A DNA stretch of 64,000 bases from the NCBI GenBank assembly GCA_000963575.1, contig CP011077.1, positions 112,288 to 176,287 of the forward strand, read 5' to 3'. Shown piece after piece: positions 15,191-29,428 of the stretch. Made by a program: the position numbers and the translations under genes. Within the stretch, counting starts at the first letter, position 1; each line of letters begins with the position of its first letter. Source of the DNA: Klebsiella michiganensis. GTDB lineage: Bacteria > Pseudomonadota > Gammaproteobacteria > Enterobacterales > Enterobacteriaceae. The notes under the pieces are model-generated. The model did no database searches, had not been told where the DNA came from, and saw only the letters and a program-made list of their open reading frames with translations.

Positions 15191-16789
15191 ATGACACAAC
15201 AGACAGTTAGCGAAGAGCTGGCCTTTAGCCAGCCGTTTGGCGAGCAAGAGAAGCAGATCCTCACGCCGGAAGCCGTAGAATTCCTCAGCGATCTGGTGGG
15301 CCGCTTTACCCCACAGCGCAACAAGCTGCTGGCATCTCGCATTGCTGAACAGCAGGCCATCGACGGCGGAAAGCTTCCTGATTTTAATTCGGAAACCGAT
15401 TCCATTCGTAAAAGTGACTGGCAGATTCGGGGTATTCCTCAGGATCTGCTCGACCGCAGGGTAGAAATTACCGGGCCGGTTGAACGCAAGATGGTGATCA
15501 ACGCGCTGAATGCTAACGTAAAAGTCTTTATGGCTGACTTTGAAGATTCCCTGGCCCCAAGCTGGAGTAAAGTGATCGACGGCCAAATCAACCTGCGTGA
15601 TGCGATTACCGGCACTATAAGCTGGACAAACGAGGCAGGAAAAATCTATCAGCTGAAGCCAGACCCGGCGGTACTGGTTTGTCGCGTGCGCGGTTTGCAT
15701 CTGCCTGAAAAACATGTGACCTGGCGCGGGGAAGCTATTCCGGGCAGTCTGTTCGACTTCGGGCTCTATTTCTTCCACAACGTGGATGCCCTGCTGGCCA
15801 AAGGCAGTGGTCCCTATTTTTACCTGCCAAAAACACAGTCATGGCAGGAGGCGGCCTGGTGGAGCGAAGTATTCAGCTTTACGGAGGATCGCTTCGATCT
15901 GCCACGCGGCACCATTAAAGCGACTTTACTGATTGAAACGCTGCCTGCTGTCTTCCAGATGGATGAGATCCTGCACGCCCTGAAAGATCACATTGTGGGT
16001 CTGAACTGCGGGCGCTGGGATTACATTTTCAGCTACATCAAAACCCTGAAAAACCATCCGGATCGCGTCCTGCCGGACAGACAATCCGTGACGATGGATA
16101 AGCCTTTCCTGAATGCTTACTCGCGCCTGCTGATCAAAACCTGTCATCGTCGCGGTGCGTTTGCGATGGGCGGCATGGCGGCCTTTATCCCGAGCAAAGA
16201 CAGCGCGCGCAATGAATGGGTGCTGAACAAAGTCAAAGCGGACAAAGAGATGGAGGCCAACAACGGCCATGATGGTACCTGGATTGCGCATCCGGGCCTT
16301 GCGGACACGGTTGGGGAGGTATTTGGCAAAGCGCTGGGTGAGCGCCAGAACCAGCTGGATATCAGCCGCAGCGAAGATGCGCCCATTACAGCCGCCCAGC
16401 TGCTTGAGCCTTGCCCCGGCGAACGCACTGAAGAAGGCATGCGCGCCAACATCCGCGTTGCGGTGCAGTACATCGAGGCGTGGATCTCTGGCAACGGCTG
16501 CGTGCCTATCTACGGGCTGATGGAAGATGCCGCGACCGCTGAAATTTCCCGTACTTCCATCTGGCAATGGATCCACCACCAGAAGACGCTGAGTAACGGC
16601 CAGACCGTGACGAAAGCGCTGTTCCGCCAGATGCTTGCCGAAGAGATGTTGGTGATTCAGGACGAGCTGGGCGACCAGCGTTTTAGCCAGGGACGCTTCG
16701 ATGAAGCTGCGCGGCTGATGGAACAAATTACCACCTCAGAAGAGTTAATCGACTTCCTGACGCTGCCGGGCTACCGCCTGCTTGCCTGA
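15191..16789 (+). CDS. aceB: malate synthase A
   Basis: 532 aa, homology to AceB throughout. Confidence 0.97.
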   Translation: MTQQTVSEELAFSQPFGEQEKQILTPEAVEFLSDLVGRFTPQRNKLLASRIAEQQAIDGGKLPDFNSETDSIRKSDWQIRGIPQDLLDRRVEITGPVERKMVINALNANVKVFMADFEDSLAPSWSKVIDGQINLRDAITGTISWTNEAGKIYQLKPDPAVLVCRVRGLHLPEKHVTWRGEAIPGSLFDFGLYFFHNVDALLAKGSGPYFYLPKTQSWQEAAWWSEVFSFTEDRFDLPRGTIKATLLIETLPAVFQMDEILHALKDHIVGLNCGRWDYIFSYIKTLKNHPDRVLPDRQSVTMDKPFLNAYSRLLIKTCHRRGAFAMGGMAAFIPSKDSARNEWVLNKVKADKEMEANNGHDGTWIAHPGLADTVGEVFGKALGERQNQLDISRSEDAPITAAQLLEPCPGERTEEGMRANIRVAVQYIEAWISGNGCVPIYGLMEDAATAEISRTSIWQWIHHQKTLSNGQTVTKALFRQMLAEEMLVIQDELGDQRFSQGRFDEAARLMEQITTSEELIDFLTLPGYRLLA

Positions 16790-16821
16790 ACCTAACCCTA
16801 TAAAAAAATGGAGCATCTGAA

Positions 16822-18129
16822 ATGAAAACCTCTCGTAGCCAACAGATTCAACAAGTACAACAAGAATGGACACAGCCGCGTTGGGAAGGCATTCAGCGTA
16901 CCTATAGCGCAGAAGACGTGGTGAAACTGCGCGGTTCGCTGACCCCGGAATGTACCCTGGCACAGCACGGGGCGGCTAAACTCTGGCGCCTGCTGCACGG
17001 TGAGTCGAAAAAAGGCTACGTCAACAGTCTGGGGGCATTAACCGGCGGCCAGGCCTTGCAGCAGGCTAAAGCCGGCATCGAAGCCATTTATCTCTCCGGC
17101 TGGCAGGTTGCGGCGGACGCTAACCTGGCGTCCAGCATGTACCCGGATCAGTCCCTCTACCCGGCTAACTCCGTTCCTGCGGTAGTCGATCGGATCAACA
17201 ATAGCTTCCAGCGCGCGGATCAGATCCAGTGGGCATCCAATATTGAACCGGGCGATCCACGCCACGTTGACTACTTCCTGCCGATCGTTGCCGATGCAGA
17301 GGCGGGTTTTGGCGGCGTGCTGAACGCCTTCGAACTGATGAAGTCGATGATTCAGGCCGGTGCCGCTGCGGTGCACTTTGAAGACCAGCTTGCCTCGGTG
17401 AAAAAGTGTGGTCACATGGGCGGGAAAGTATTAGTCCCGACTCAGGAGGCTATTCAGAAGCTGATTGCTGCTCGCCTGGCGGCTGACGTGATGGGGGTTC
17501 CTACGCTGCTGATCGCCCGTACCGATGCCGATGCTGCGGACCTGATTACCTCCGACTGTGATGAATACGACCGCGAATTTATCACCGGTGAGCGTACCCA
17601 GGAAGGTTTCTACCGCACCCGCGCTGGCATTGAGCAGGCTATCAGCCGCGGCCTGGCCTACGCGCCTTATGCCGACCTGGTGTGGTGTGAAACCTCTAAA
17701 CCCGACCTGGACCAGGCCCGTCGCTTTGCGCAAGCCATTCACGCTCGCTTCCCGGGCAAACTGCTGGCCTACAACTGTTCGCCGTCGTTTAACTGGAAGA
17801 AGAACCTCGATGACAAAACCATCGCCTGCTTCCAGCAAGAGCTATCGGACATGGGCTACAAATACCAGTTCATCACCCTGGCGGGGATCCACAGCATGTG
17901 GTTCAACATGTTCGACCTGGCGCACTCTTATGCGCAGGGTGAGGGGATGCGCCACTATGTTGAGAAGGTACAGCAGCCTGAATTTGCCGCCGCTTCCGAA
18001 GGCTACACCTTCGTTTCTCACCAGCAAGAAGTGGGCACCGGCTACTTCGACCGCGTAACCACCATCATCCAGGGCGGCGCTTCTTCCGTTACGGCGCTCA
18101 CCGGTTCGACTGAAGAAGAGCAGTTCTGA
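16822..18129 (+). CDS. aceA: isocitrate lyase
   Basis: 435 aa; KKCGHMGGK active-site motif. Confidence 0.97.
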   Translation: MKTSRSQQIQQVQQEWTQPRWEGIQRTYSAEDVVKLRGSLTPECTLAQHGAAKLWRLLHGESKKGYVNSLGALTGGQALQQAKAGIEAIYLSGWQVAADANLASSMYPDQSLYPANSVPAVVDRINNSFQRADQIQWASNIEPGDPRHVDYFLPIVADAEAGFGGVLNAFELMKSMIQAGAAAVHFEDQLASVKKCGHMGGKVLVPTQEAIQKLIAARLAADVMGVPTLLIARTDADAADLITSDCDEYDREFITGERTQEGFYRTRAGIEQAISRGLAYAPYADLVWCETSKPDLDQARRFAQAIHARFPGKLLAYNCSPSFNWKKNLDDKTIACFQQELSDMGYKYQFITLAGIHSMWFNMFDLAHSYAQGEGMRHYVEKVQQPEFAAASEGYTFVSHQQEVGTGYFDRVTTIIQGGASSVTALTGSTEEEQF

Positions 18130-18172
18130 TCCTAAAATCCCTCTCCTCACCGGGAGAGGGAAAACAGCGGAG

Positions 18173-19921
18173 ATGCCAATGACGCGTGGCCTGGAACTTC
18201 TCATTGCCCACACCATACTGCAGGGGTTCGACGCGCAATACGGTCGATTTCTCGAGGTCACCGCGGGTGCCCAGCAGCGTTTTGAACAGGCTGACTGGCA
18301 CGCCGTTCAGCAGGCGATGAAAAGCCGCATCAACCTGTACGATCACCACGTAGGTCTCGTCGTAGAACAGCTTCGCTGCATTACCGGCGGGCAGAATACC
18401 GACGCGGCCTTTTTACTGCGTGTCAAAGAGCAATACACCCGCTTGCTGCCGGATTACCCGCGTTTTGAAATTGCCGAAAGCTTTTTTAATTCTGTCTATT
18501 GTCGGCTCTTCGACCACCGCTCGCTTACTCCCGAGCGGCTTTTTATCTTCAGCTCGCAGGCGGGCAAGCAGCTTCGACCGCTGCCTCGCCCGCTGGCAAA
18601 AACTTTTTCCCCGGAGCTGGGCTGGACGACGTTGCTCACTACCTTGCTCTCCGATCTCCCGCTGCGTCTGCCCTGGCAGGATGTGGCGAGGGATGTTGGT
18701 TTCATCCTCGCCCATCTACATGAAACGTTCGGCGCAGAAACGTTGCGGACGGCCACGCTGGAAGTGGCTAATGAACTGTTTTATCGAAATAAAGCCGCCT
18801 GGCTGGTTGGTAAACTGGTTTTGCCTGCAGGAAAAATCCCCTTTTTGTTGCCGATTCATCGCACCGATGATGGCCGGTTAATGGTGGACACCTGCCTGAC
18901 CAGCTCGCCCGAAGCCAGTATCGTTTTTGGTTTTGCGCGTTCCTATTTCATGGTTTATGCCCCTTTCCCCGCCGCGCTTGTCGAATGGCTACGCGAGATT
19001 TTACCGGGCAAAACTACCGCCGAACTGTATATGGCGATCGGCTGCCAGAAACACGGCAAAACCGAAAGCTATCGCGAGTATTTGACCTACATTCACAGCA
19101 CGGCCGAGCAGTTTATTGAGGCACCCGGCATACGCGGTATGGTGATGCTGGTGTTCACGCTGCCGGGCTTTGATCGCGTGTTTAAAGTGATAAAAGACAA
19201 ATTCGCACCGCAGAAAGAAGTCACCGCTGAAAGGGTCCGCGCCTGCTACCAGTTGGTAAAAGAGCACGACCGTGTGGGGCGCATGGCGGATACCCAGGAG
19301 TTTGAAAACTTCGTGCTGAATAAGCGGCAAATAAGCCCCGATCTCATGGCGCTGTTGCGGGAAGAAGTTCCTGAAAAACTGACCGATCTTGGCGACCGCA
19401 TTGCCATCAGCCATCTTTACATCGAGCGGCGAATGGTGCCGCTTAATCTGTGGCTGGAGCAGGTAGAAGGCCAGCAGCTAAGGGATGCGGTGGAAGAGTA
19501 CGGCAACGCGATTCGTCAGCTGGCGGCGGCCAATATCTTCCCCGGTGATATGCTGTTTAAAAACTTTGGCGTGACGCGCCACGGGCGAGTGGTGTTCTAC
19601 GATTACGATGAAATTTGCTATATGACCGAGGTGAATTTCCGGGATATTCCGCCGCCTCGTTACCCTGAAGATGAACTCTCTTCAGAGCCGTGGTACAGCA
19701 TCTCGCCGGGAGATGTCTTTCCGGAAGAGTTCCGTCACTATCTTTGCGCGGACAAGCGCATTCGCCCGCTATTCGATGAAATGCATGCCGACCTGTTCCG
19801 CGCCGACTTTTGGCGAGCTTTGCAAACCCGCATCCGTGATGGCTATGTCGAAGATGTTTATGCTTATCGCCGCCGCCAGCGCTTTAGCCAGCGGTTTGGG
19901 GAAGTGAAGCGAGCGGGCTAA
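18173..19921 (+). CDS. aceK: isocitrate dehydrogenase kinase/phosphatase
   Basis: 582 aa, [26 protein letters not shown]… matches AceK. Confidence 0.96.
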   Translation: MPMTRGLELLIAHTILQGFDAQYGRFLEVTAGAQQRFEQADWHAVQQAMKSRINLYDHHVGLVVEQLRCITGGQNTDAAFLLRVKEQYTRLLPDYPRFEIAESFFNSVYCRLFDHRSLTPERLFIFSSQAGKQLRPLPRPLAKTFSPELGWTTLLTTLLSDLPLRLPWQDVARDVGFILAHLHETFGAETLRTATLEVANELFYRNKAAWLVGKLVLPAGKIPFLLPIHRTDDGRLMVDTCLTSSPEASIVFGFARSYFMVYAPFPAALVEWLREILPGKTTAELYMAIGCQKHGKTESYREYLTYIHSTAEQFIEAPGIRGMVMLVFTLPGFDRVFKVIKDKFAPQKEVTAERVRACYQLVKEHDRVGRMADTQEFENFVLNKRQISPDLMALLREEVPEKLTDLGDRIAISHLYIERRMVPLNLWLEQVEGQQLRDAVEEYGNAIRQLAAANIFPGDMLFKNFGVTRHGRVVFYDYDEICYMTEVNFRDIPPPRYPEDELSSEPWYSISPGDVFPEEFRHYLCADKRIRPLFDEMHADLFRADFWRALQTRIRDGYVEDVYAYRRRQRFSQRFGEVKRAG

Positions 19922-20751
19922 CGCCCGCCGCCGTAAGCCAGAGTAATTTCCTTCGCAGCCTTAATGACCAACGCCCCCAGCTCCGTCACGCGGTCATCGG
20001 TGATGCGTGAAATTGGGCCGGAAATGGAGATCGCGGCAAAGGCCTCATGGTGTTCATCATAGATGCACGAGGCTACGCAGCGTAGCCCCAGGGCATGTTC
20101 TTCATCGTCAAACGAGTAACCACGCTTGCGGGTTTGCGCTAAATCTTCTTTTAAATGCAGCGGCGAAGTCAGCGTTGCCGGCGTGTAGCTGTGCAGGCCT
20201 TTGCGGTGCAGCAGACCGGCCAGTTCGTCGTCGTCCAGCTGGGCCAGAAATGCCTTGCCCGCGCCGGACGCGTGCATCGGCAGTTTGCCGCCAATAGGCG
20301 CCGACATACGCATCAGCTGCGTGCACTGAACCTGGTCGATAATAATCGCCTGATGATCGCTCTTGTCGAGCACCGCGAGGTTGACGGTTTCACCGGAGGC
20401 TTCCATCAGTTTGCGCAGAATAGGGTGCACGATGGCCAACAGGTTACGACTTTGCAGGAAGCTGCTGCCGACGACAAAAGCATGTGCCCCAATCGTCCAG
20501 TGGCCCAGGTCGCCCACCTGATGCACAAAGCCTAACTGCTGCATTGTGGTGAGCAGGCGGTGGGTTGTGGAGTTGGGCAAACCGGCCTGCTGGGCAAGCT
20601 CGGTAAGCGCCACGCTACCGTGAGATTCGGCAATCCACTCCAGCAGCTTAAGGCCGCGGGTCAGGGACTGCACTTGCCCGGTAGCAGCCGGAGCCGCAGC
20701 GGCTGAGGCGCGGGGTTTCTTACCTCGTTTAGCGGGGACTGTAGCAACCAT
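19918..20751 (-). CDS. iclR: glyoxylate-shunt repressor IclR
   Basis: 277 aa, [15 protein letters not shown]… IclR family; convergent with aceK with a 4-bp overlap. Confidence 0.96.
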   Translation of the reverse strand: MVATVPAKRGKKPRASAAAAPAATGQVQSLTRGLKLLEWIAESHGSVALTELAQQAGLPNSTTHRLLTTMQQLGFVHQVGDLGHWTIGAHAFVVGSSFLQSRNLLAIVHPILRKLMEASGETVNLAVLDKSDHQAIIIDQVQCTQLMRMSAPIGGKLPMHASGAGKAFLAQLDDDELAGLLHRKGLHSYTPATLTSPLHLKEDLAQTRKRGYSFDDEEHALGLRCVASCIYDEHHEAFAAISISGPISRITDDRVTELGALVIKAAKEITLAYGGGR

Positions 20752-20943
20752 ACTGGACTCCTTTTTCGTATCGTGGAAATCATTTTCGTTTTATTTGGCG
20801 AATTTGCAACCGCTACTCAGACTGATCGGAGGAGTGATGCTGAACATCTCTCATGTTCCCGACGTGCGGCTTTTACGACCCTATAGATTGTGCAAGTATG
20901 GGATGGCATATCCGTCAGGCAGGGAAAACAGGTGGGAGTGAGC

Positions 20944-24627
<3,684 letters not shown>

Positions 24628-24659
24628 CTCACAAACCTGTTATCTTTCCTTACAACTTA

Positions 24660-24690
24660 CAAGGCGCTCTGGGGGCGCCTTGTCTCTTTA
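24660..24690 (+). terminator. metH intrinsic terminator
   Basis: caaggcgctctgggggcgccttgtctcttt. Confidence 0.7.
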
Positions 24691-24771
24691 TTGAAGTTAA
24701 CCCCTTATACTGAAGGATGGTGGCTATTTTTGCCTCAGGAACCCTAAAAACCATAAGGAGAACAAGAATCC

Positions 24772-26403
24772 GTGCTGACCTTGTTACACCTGCTGTCCGC
24801 CGTTTCGCTGCTGGTCTGGGGGACGCACATTGTGCGTACCGGGATCATGCGCGTTTATGGTGCCAACCTGCGCAGCGTGCTTAGCCACAGCGTAGAAAAG
24901 AAACCGCTCGCCTTCTGCGCCGGGATCGGTGTTACCGCGCTGGTGCAGAGCAGTAATGCCACCACCATGCTGGTGACCTCGTTCGTTGCCCAGGATCTGG
25001 TGGCGCTCGCTCCTGCGCTGGTGATTGTGCTGGGGGCTGATGTGGGTACCGCGCTAATGGCGCGTGTCCTGACCTTCGATCTCTCATGGCTTTCGCCGCT
25101 GCTGATTTTCATCGGCGTTATCTTCTTCCTCAGCCGCAAGCAGACCCGTGCCGGGCAGCTTGGCCGCGTGGGCATTGGCCTGGGCCTGATTCTGCTGGCG
25201 CTTGAGCTGATTGTGGGGGCCGTCACGCCGATTACTCAGGCGAACGGCGTCCAGGTGATCTTCGCTTCCCTGACCGGCGATATCATGCTCGACGCGCTGA
25301 TTGGGGCGATGTTCGCCATCATCAGCTACTCCAGCCTCGCGGCGGTTCTGCTGACGGCCACGCTGACCTCCACCGGCGTAATTTCGTTTGATGTGGCGCT
25401 GTGCCTGGTTATCGGGGCCAACCTCGGCTCCGGGCTGCTGGCGATGATCAATAACAGCGCTGCCAATGCTGCGGCCCGCCGCGTGGCGCTGGGTAGCCTG
25501 CTGTTCAAGCTGGTGGGCAGTCTGCTGGTGCTGCCGTTCGTGCATGTCCTGGCCCGGCTGATGCACCACCTGCCGCTGCCGGAATCTGAGCTGGTTATCT
25601 ACTTCCACGTGTTCTACAACCTGATTCGTTGCCTGGTGATGGTGCCCTTTGCCGAACCGATGGCGCGCTTCTGCCGTCGGGTGATCGGCGAAGCGCCGGA
25701 AGTCGATGCCCGGATGAAGCCGAAGCACCTCGACCCGACGGCGCTGGATACTCCCGCGCTGGGGTTGTCCAACGCCGCGCGTGAAACCCTGAGAATGGGC
25801 GACGTGCTGGAGCAAATGCTGGAAACCTGGAGCAAGGTGATGCACGGCGAGCCGCGTCAGGAAAAAGAGCTGCGCAAGCTGGCCGACGACGTGGATGTGC
25901 TGTATACCGCCATCAAACTCTACCTCGCGCAGATGCCGAAGGAAGATCTGGCTGAAATGGAATCGCGTCGCTGGGCAGAAATCATCGAAATGTCGCTTAA
26001 CCTGGAGCAGGCGGCAGACATCATCGAACGTATGGGCAGCGAAGTGGCGGATAAATCTCTTGCCGCGCGCCGGGCTTTCTCGCCGGACGGCCTGACCGAG
26101 CTGGATAACCTGCTCCAGCAGCTGATCAGCAACCTGCAGCTGAGCCTGTCGGTGTTCTTCTCGAGCGACCTGGGCAGTGCCCGCCGGCTGCGCCGGAACA
26201 AACACCGCTTCCGCATCATGAACCGCCGCTACTCCCATGCCCACGTCGATCGCCTGCACCAGCAGAACGTGCAGAGCATCGAGACCAGCTCGCTGCACCT
26301 CGGGCTGCTGGGGGACATGAAACGCCTGAATTCGCTGTTCTGTTCCGTCGCCTACAGCGTGCTGGACCAGCCGGACGATGACGACGAGCGGGATGAGTAT
26401 TGA
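24772..26403 (+). CDS. yjbB: Na+/Pi-cotransporter family inner membrane protein YjbB
   Basis: 543 aa, near-identical to E. coli YjbB. Confidence 0.95.
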   Translation: MLTLLHLLSAVSLLVWGTHIVRTGIMRVYGANLRSVLSHSVEKKPLAFCAGIGVTALVQSSNATTMLVTSFVAQDLVALAPALVIVLGADVGTALMARVLTFDLSWLSPLLIFIGVIFFLSRKQTRAGQLGRVGIGLGLILLALELIVGAVTPITQANGVQVIFASLTGDIMLDALIGAMFAIISYSSLAAVLLTATLTSTGVISFDVALCLVIGANLGSGLLAMINNSAANAAARRVALGSLLFKLVGSLLVLPFVHVLARLMHHLPLPESELVIYFHVFYNLIRCLVMVPFAEPMARFCRRVIGEAPEVDARMKPKHLDPTALDTPALGLSNAARETLRMGDVLEQMLETWSKVMHGEPRQEKELRKLADDVDVLYTAIKLYLAQMPKEDLAEMESRRWAEIIEMSLNLEQAADIIERMGSEVADKSLAARRAFSPDGLTELDNLLQQLISNLQLSLSVFFSSDLGSARRLRRNKHRFRIMNRRYSHAHVDRLHQQNVQSIETSSLHLGLLGDMKRLNSLFCSVAYSVLDQPDDDDERDEY

Positions 26404-26455
26404 TCGTTAACCCGGCATCGCTCTATAATTGAACAATGTATGCGCATTGTTATGG
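26400..26455 (+). promoter_or_regulatory. putative ccdAB promoter (TTGATC-18-TATAAT) with an overlapping palindromic operator
   Basis: -10 TATAAT at 26424-26429; inverted repeat aacaatg-N6-cattgtt (26432-26451) with an internal atgcgcat palindrome, immediately upstream of the antitoxin start. Confidence 0.5.
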
Positions 26456-26463
26456 GGGTTAAT

Positions 26464-26703
26464 ATGCGTGTTGAAGGTGTAGCCGCCAAAAAATCGGTGA
26501 ATGTCACGCTCGCGCCGGAGATTCTGGATGAGGCCCGTAAGCTGAAGTTAAACATCTCGGCGGTACTGACCGAGGCATTAATCGAGAAATTTCGCGAAAA
26601 CGCTCGGGCAGAGTGGCTCAGGGACAATCAGGAAAAGATCGCCGTGCTTAATGAGTTTGTTGAGGAGCACGGCTCGTTCAGTGATTTTCAGAGGACCTTC
26701 TGA
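26464..26703 (+). CDS. ccdA: CcdA-family type II antitoxin
   Basis: …VNVTLAPEILDEARKLKLNISAVLTEALIEKFRENARAEWLRDNQEKIAVLNEFVEEHGSFSDFQRTF aligns with F-plasmid CcdA (…NISGLV…RAERWKAENQEGMAEVARFIEMNGSFADENRDW); ATGA stop/start overlap with the next gene. Confidence 0.85.
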   Translation: MRVEGVAAKKSVNVTLAPEILDEARKLKLNISAVLTEALIEKFRENARAEWLRDNQEKIAVLNEFVEEHGSFSDFQRTF

Positions 26704-27017
26704 TGGAACAGTTTCACGCCTACGAGAATACTGGCGCAGGGAAGAAAACGTATCCTTATCTCATCAATATGCAGCATCCCATTGCTGATGCCTTAAAGCA
26801 TGCCCTGGTCATTCCCGTTATTGAGCGCGAATTACTGGGGGCCATGCCTCCAGAAAAAATCTGCCCCATCGTGACTATTGAGGGGCGGCCTTGCGTGGCG
26901 ATGACTCACATGATGGCAGGTATTCCGCTTAAAGAACTCGGTGCTTCGGTCGCTGATTTGACGCATTACAGAGATGAGCTGTGTGGCGCCGTTGATTTTA
27001 TGATTCAGGGTTACTAA
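26703..27017 (+). CDS. ccdB: CcdB-family gyrase-poisoning toxin
   Basis: 104 aa; …VIPV…PIVTIEGRPCVAMTHMMAGIPLKELGASVADLTHYRDELCGAVDFMIQGY aligns with F CcdB (…VIPL…[50 protein letters not shown]). Confidence 0.8.
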   Translation: MEQFHAYENTGAGKKTYPYLINMQHPIADALKHALVIPVIERELLGAMPPEKICPIVTIEGRPCVAMTHMMAGIPLKELGASVADLTHYRDELCGAVDFMIQGY

Positions 27018-27082
27018 CAAGCCCATTTTACGGTTCGCAACGCCCTGCGGGTAAGGTATAGTCCTGGGTTTTCGGAGGAGCC

Positions 27083-27961
27083 ATGCTGACTAATTCATCT
27101 ATTCGTCTTAACAAATACATCAGCGAGAGCGGGATCTGCTCACGCCGTGACGCCGATCGCTACATCGAACAGGGCAACGTTTTTATTAACGGCAAGCGCG
27201 CCAAAATTGGCGATCAGGTTTTTGCCGGCGACAGCGTGAAGGTGAATGGTCAGCTCATTGAACCCCGCAACGAAGAAGACCTGGTGCTGATTGCGCTGAA
27301 TAAGCCGGTGGGGATTGTAAGCACCACGGAAGACGGCGAGAAAGACAACATCGTTGACTATGTGAACCACAGCAAGCGCGTGTTCCCGATTGGTCGGCTG
27401 GACAAAGATTCTCAGGGGCTGATTTTCCTCACCAACCACGGCGACCTGGTGAACAAAATCCTGCGTGCCGGGAACGATCATGAGAAAGAGTACGTGGTCA
27501 CGGTGAACAAGCCGGTTACCGACGAGTTTATCCGTGGTATGGGGGCAGGCGTGCCGATTCTGGGCACCGTCACCAAGAAATGCAAAGTCAAAAAAGAAGC
27601 CCCGTTTGCGTTTCGTATCACCCTGGTTCAGGGGCTAAACCGGCAGATCCGCCGCATGTGTGAACACTTTGGCTACGAAGTGACGAAGCTGGAGCGCACG
27701 CGCATCATGAACGTCAATCTCACCGGGATCCCGCTGGGGGAATGGCGTGACCTGACCGACGATGAACTTATTGAGCTGTTTAAGCTGATTGAGGATTCAT
27801 CCTCAGAGGCTAAACCGGCCAAAAAAGCGAAGCCAAAAGCGGCCAGCCCGGCGGTGAAAAAACCGTTGGTAAGCGGTCCGAAAAGCTCAGCAAAAACGCC
27901 CGCTGAGCTTGCCTCGCGTAAACGCTTTGCTTCTCCGGGCAGGAAGAAGAAAGGCCGTTAA
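27083..27961 (+). CDS. rluF: 23S rRNA pseudouridine(2604) synthase
   Basis: 292 aa, S4 domain plus RluA-type catalytic motif ([18 protein letters not shown]); Lys-rich C-terminal tail. Confidence 0.93.
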   Translation: MLTNSSIRLNKYISESGICSRRDADRYIEQGNVFINGKRAKIGDQVFAGDSVKVNGQLIEPRNEEDLVLIALNKPVGIVSTTEDGEKDNIVDYVNHSKRVFPIGRLDKDSQGLIFLTNHGDLVNKILRAGNDHEKEYVVTVNKPVTDEFIRGMGAGVPILGTVTKKCKVKKEAPFAFRITLVQGLNRQIRRMCEHFGYEVTKLERTRIMNVNLTGIPLGEWRDLTDDELIELFKLIEDSSSEAKPAKKAKPKAASPAVKKPLVSGPKSSAKTPAELASRKRFASPGRKKKGR

Positions 27962-27962
27962 G

Positions 27963-28235
27963 CTAGCGTTTGCCTCGCGTGTGGTTATTGGCTGACCATG
28001 AATAGGTGGTCGTGGTATCCGGCTTTAATGCATTCTGTTTCTTCAGCTGGCGAGCTTTCTTAGCCGCCAGCGCACGTTCCGCCATCAGCTTGTCGATGTA
28101 CTCTTTTTTTACCTGATTAGTCTCTGAGTTGGTCAACGTACGACCGTGGGCAATGCGGGCGCGATCCAGCAGCGTTTTTAGCTCACGCTGTTCGCTTTCC
28201 GTCATGTCTTGCTGTGTCAGTCTGGCTGTAGCCAT
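27963..28235 (-). CDS. yjbD: DUF3811 family protein YjbD
   Basis: 90 aa, MATARLTQQDMTESEQRELKTLLDRARIAHGR… matches YjbD. Confidence 0.9.
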   Translation of the reverse strand: MATARLTQQDMTESEQRELKTLLDRARIAHGRTLTNSETNQVKKEYIDKLMAERALAAKKARQLKKQNALKPDTTTTYSWSANNHTRGKR

Positions 28236-28326
28236 CGTTGCAATCTCCCGGGAAAGGACGTTCAGTGTAAAACAAACCCACCGCGCCGACGAGACAAAAA
28301 AGCCTGCATCAGCAGGCTTTTAGCGA

Positions 28327-29259
28327 TTATTTTTTGTCGTCTGGCTTCGGCGTTATCGCTTTTCCAGACCAATAACCGGCCAGCAGAGAGCCCGAAAGAT
28401 TGTGCCAGACGGAGAACAACGCGCCAGGCAACGCTGCGAGCGGGGAGAAGTAGATTTTGCCCAGCGTGGCCGCAAGACCGGAGTTCTGCATCCCCACCTC
28501 GATGGCCAGCGTCCGGCAGGTGGATTCATCAAAGCCAAACAGCCGCCCGCCCCAGTAGCCGCCGAGCAGGCCAATGGTGTTATGCAGAATGACCGCGACA
28601 ATCACTACCAGACCAACGGAGGCGATGTGTGATGCCGAACCTGCCACAACCGCGCTAATGATGGCGAGAATGCAGAGCATGGAAAACGCGGGCAGCCACG
28701 GTTCCACCCGCTTCACCAGGCGTGGGAAAAGGTGATGCACAATCAGGCCAAGGCCAATCGGGATGATGACGATTTGCAGAATGCTGACCAGCATGCCCAT
28801 CACATCGACTTTAATGTCGGCATCTACATAGAGACGGGTGAGCAGCGGCGTGGCGAAAACGCCGACCAGCGTGGAAACCGATGAGATTGTCACGGAGAGC
28901 GCAACGTCGCCTTTCGCAAGATAAATCATGACGTTGGACGCCGTGCCGCTGGCTACGCTGCCGACCAGCACCATCCCGGCTGAAAGATCGGGCGGCATAT
29001 GGAATAGCATCGCCAGCAGCCACGCCGCCAGCGGCATCACCAGGTAATGCAGAAAAATCCCTGCGGCCACCGGTGCCGGGCGCGACAGCACGCGTTTAAA
29101 GTCTTCAAGTCGCAGATGCACGCCCATACCAAACATAATGAGCATCAGCAGCGTGCTGACCCACGGGCCAATCGGCGTAAAGGTTGAGGGGGTATAATAC
29201 GCAGCGACGGAGAGCAGCAGTGCCCAGAGCGGGAACAGCCGGGTTAGAGTGGCGAACAT
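28327..29259 (-). CDS. bile acid:sodium symporter (BASS) family transporter
   Basis: 310 aa polytopic membrane protein with BASS-family signature regions (…[11 protein letters not shown]…, …NSGLAATL…); no E. coli K-12 counterpart at this locus. Confidence 0.8.
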   Translation of the reverse strand: MFATLTRLFPLWALLLSVAAYYTPSTFTPIGPWVSTLLMLIMFGMGVHLRLEDFKRVLSRPAPVAAGIFLHYLVMPLAAWLLAMLFHMPPDLSAGMVLVGSVASGTASNVMIYLAKGDVALSVTISSVSTLVGVFATPLLTRLYVDADIKVDVMGMLVSILQIVIIPIGLGLIVHHLFPRLVKRVEPWLPAFSMLCILAIISAVVAGSASHIASVGLVVIVAVILHNTIGLLGGYWGGRLFGFDESTCRTLAIEVGMQNSGLAATLGKIYFSPLAALPGALFSVWHNLSGSLLAGYWSGKAITPKPDDKK

Positions 29260-29428
29260 GTTATTTTCCTTGCGAATGCCTCGTCGCCAGACTGGCCACT
29301 ATGCGGTGGTAGGCCATGAACGAATCGGCGTTTGTGTTGTGTTGGCTTATTATTGCGGGCCAGGATCGAGCCTGGCCCTGGGTATTGTTTATCGCGGCAA
29401 GGAAGATTATTCAAACAAATTATGCGCT

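Noticed and set aside
25084-26298. 404-aa minus-strand ORF
   Set aside because: Antisense to yjbB; low-complexity R/Q/H-rich translation.
29358-29380. GC hairpin gggccagg-atcgag-cctggccc between the BASS transporter gene and rtcR
   Set aside because: Possibly the rtcR terminator, but the flanking sequence is not clearly U-rich on the relevant strand. Insufficient evidence.
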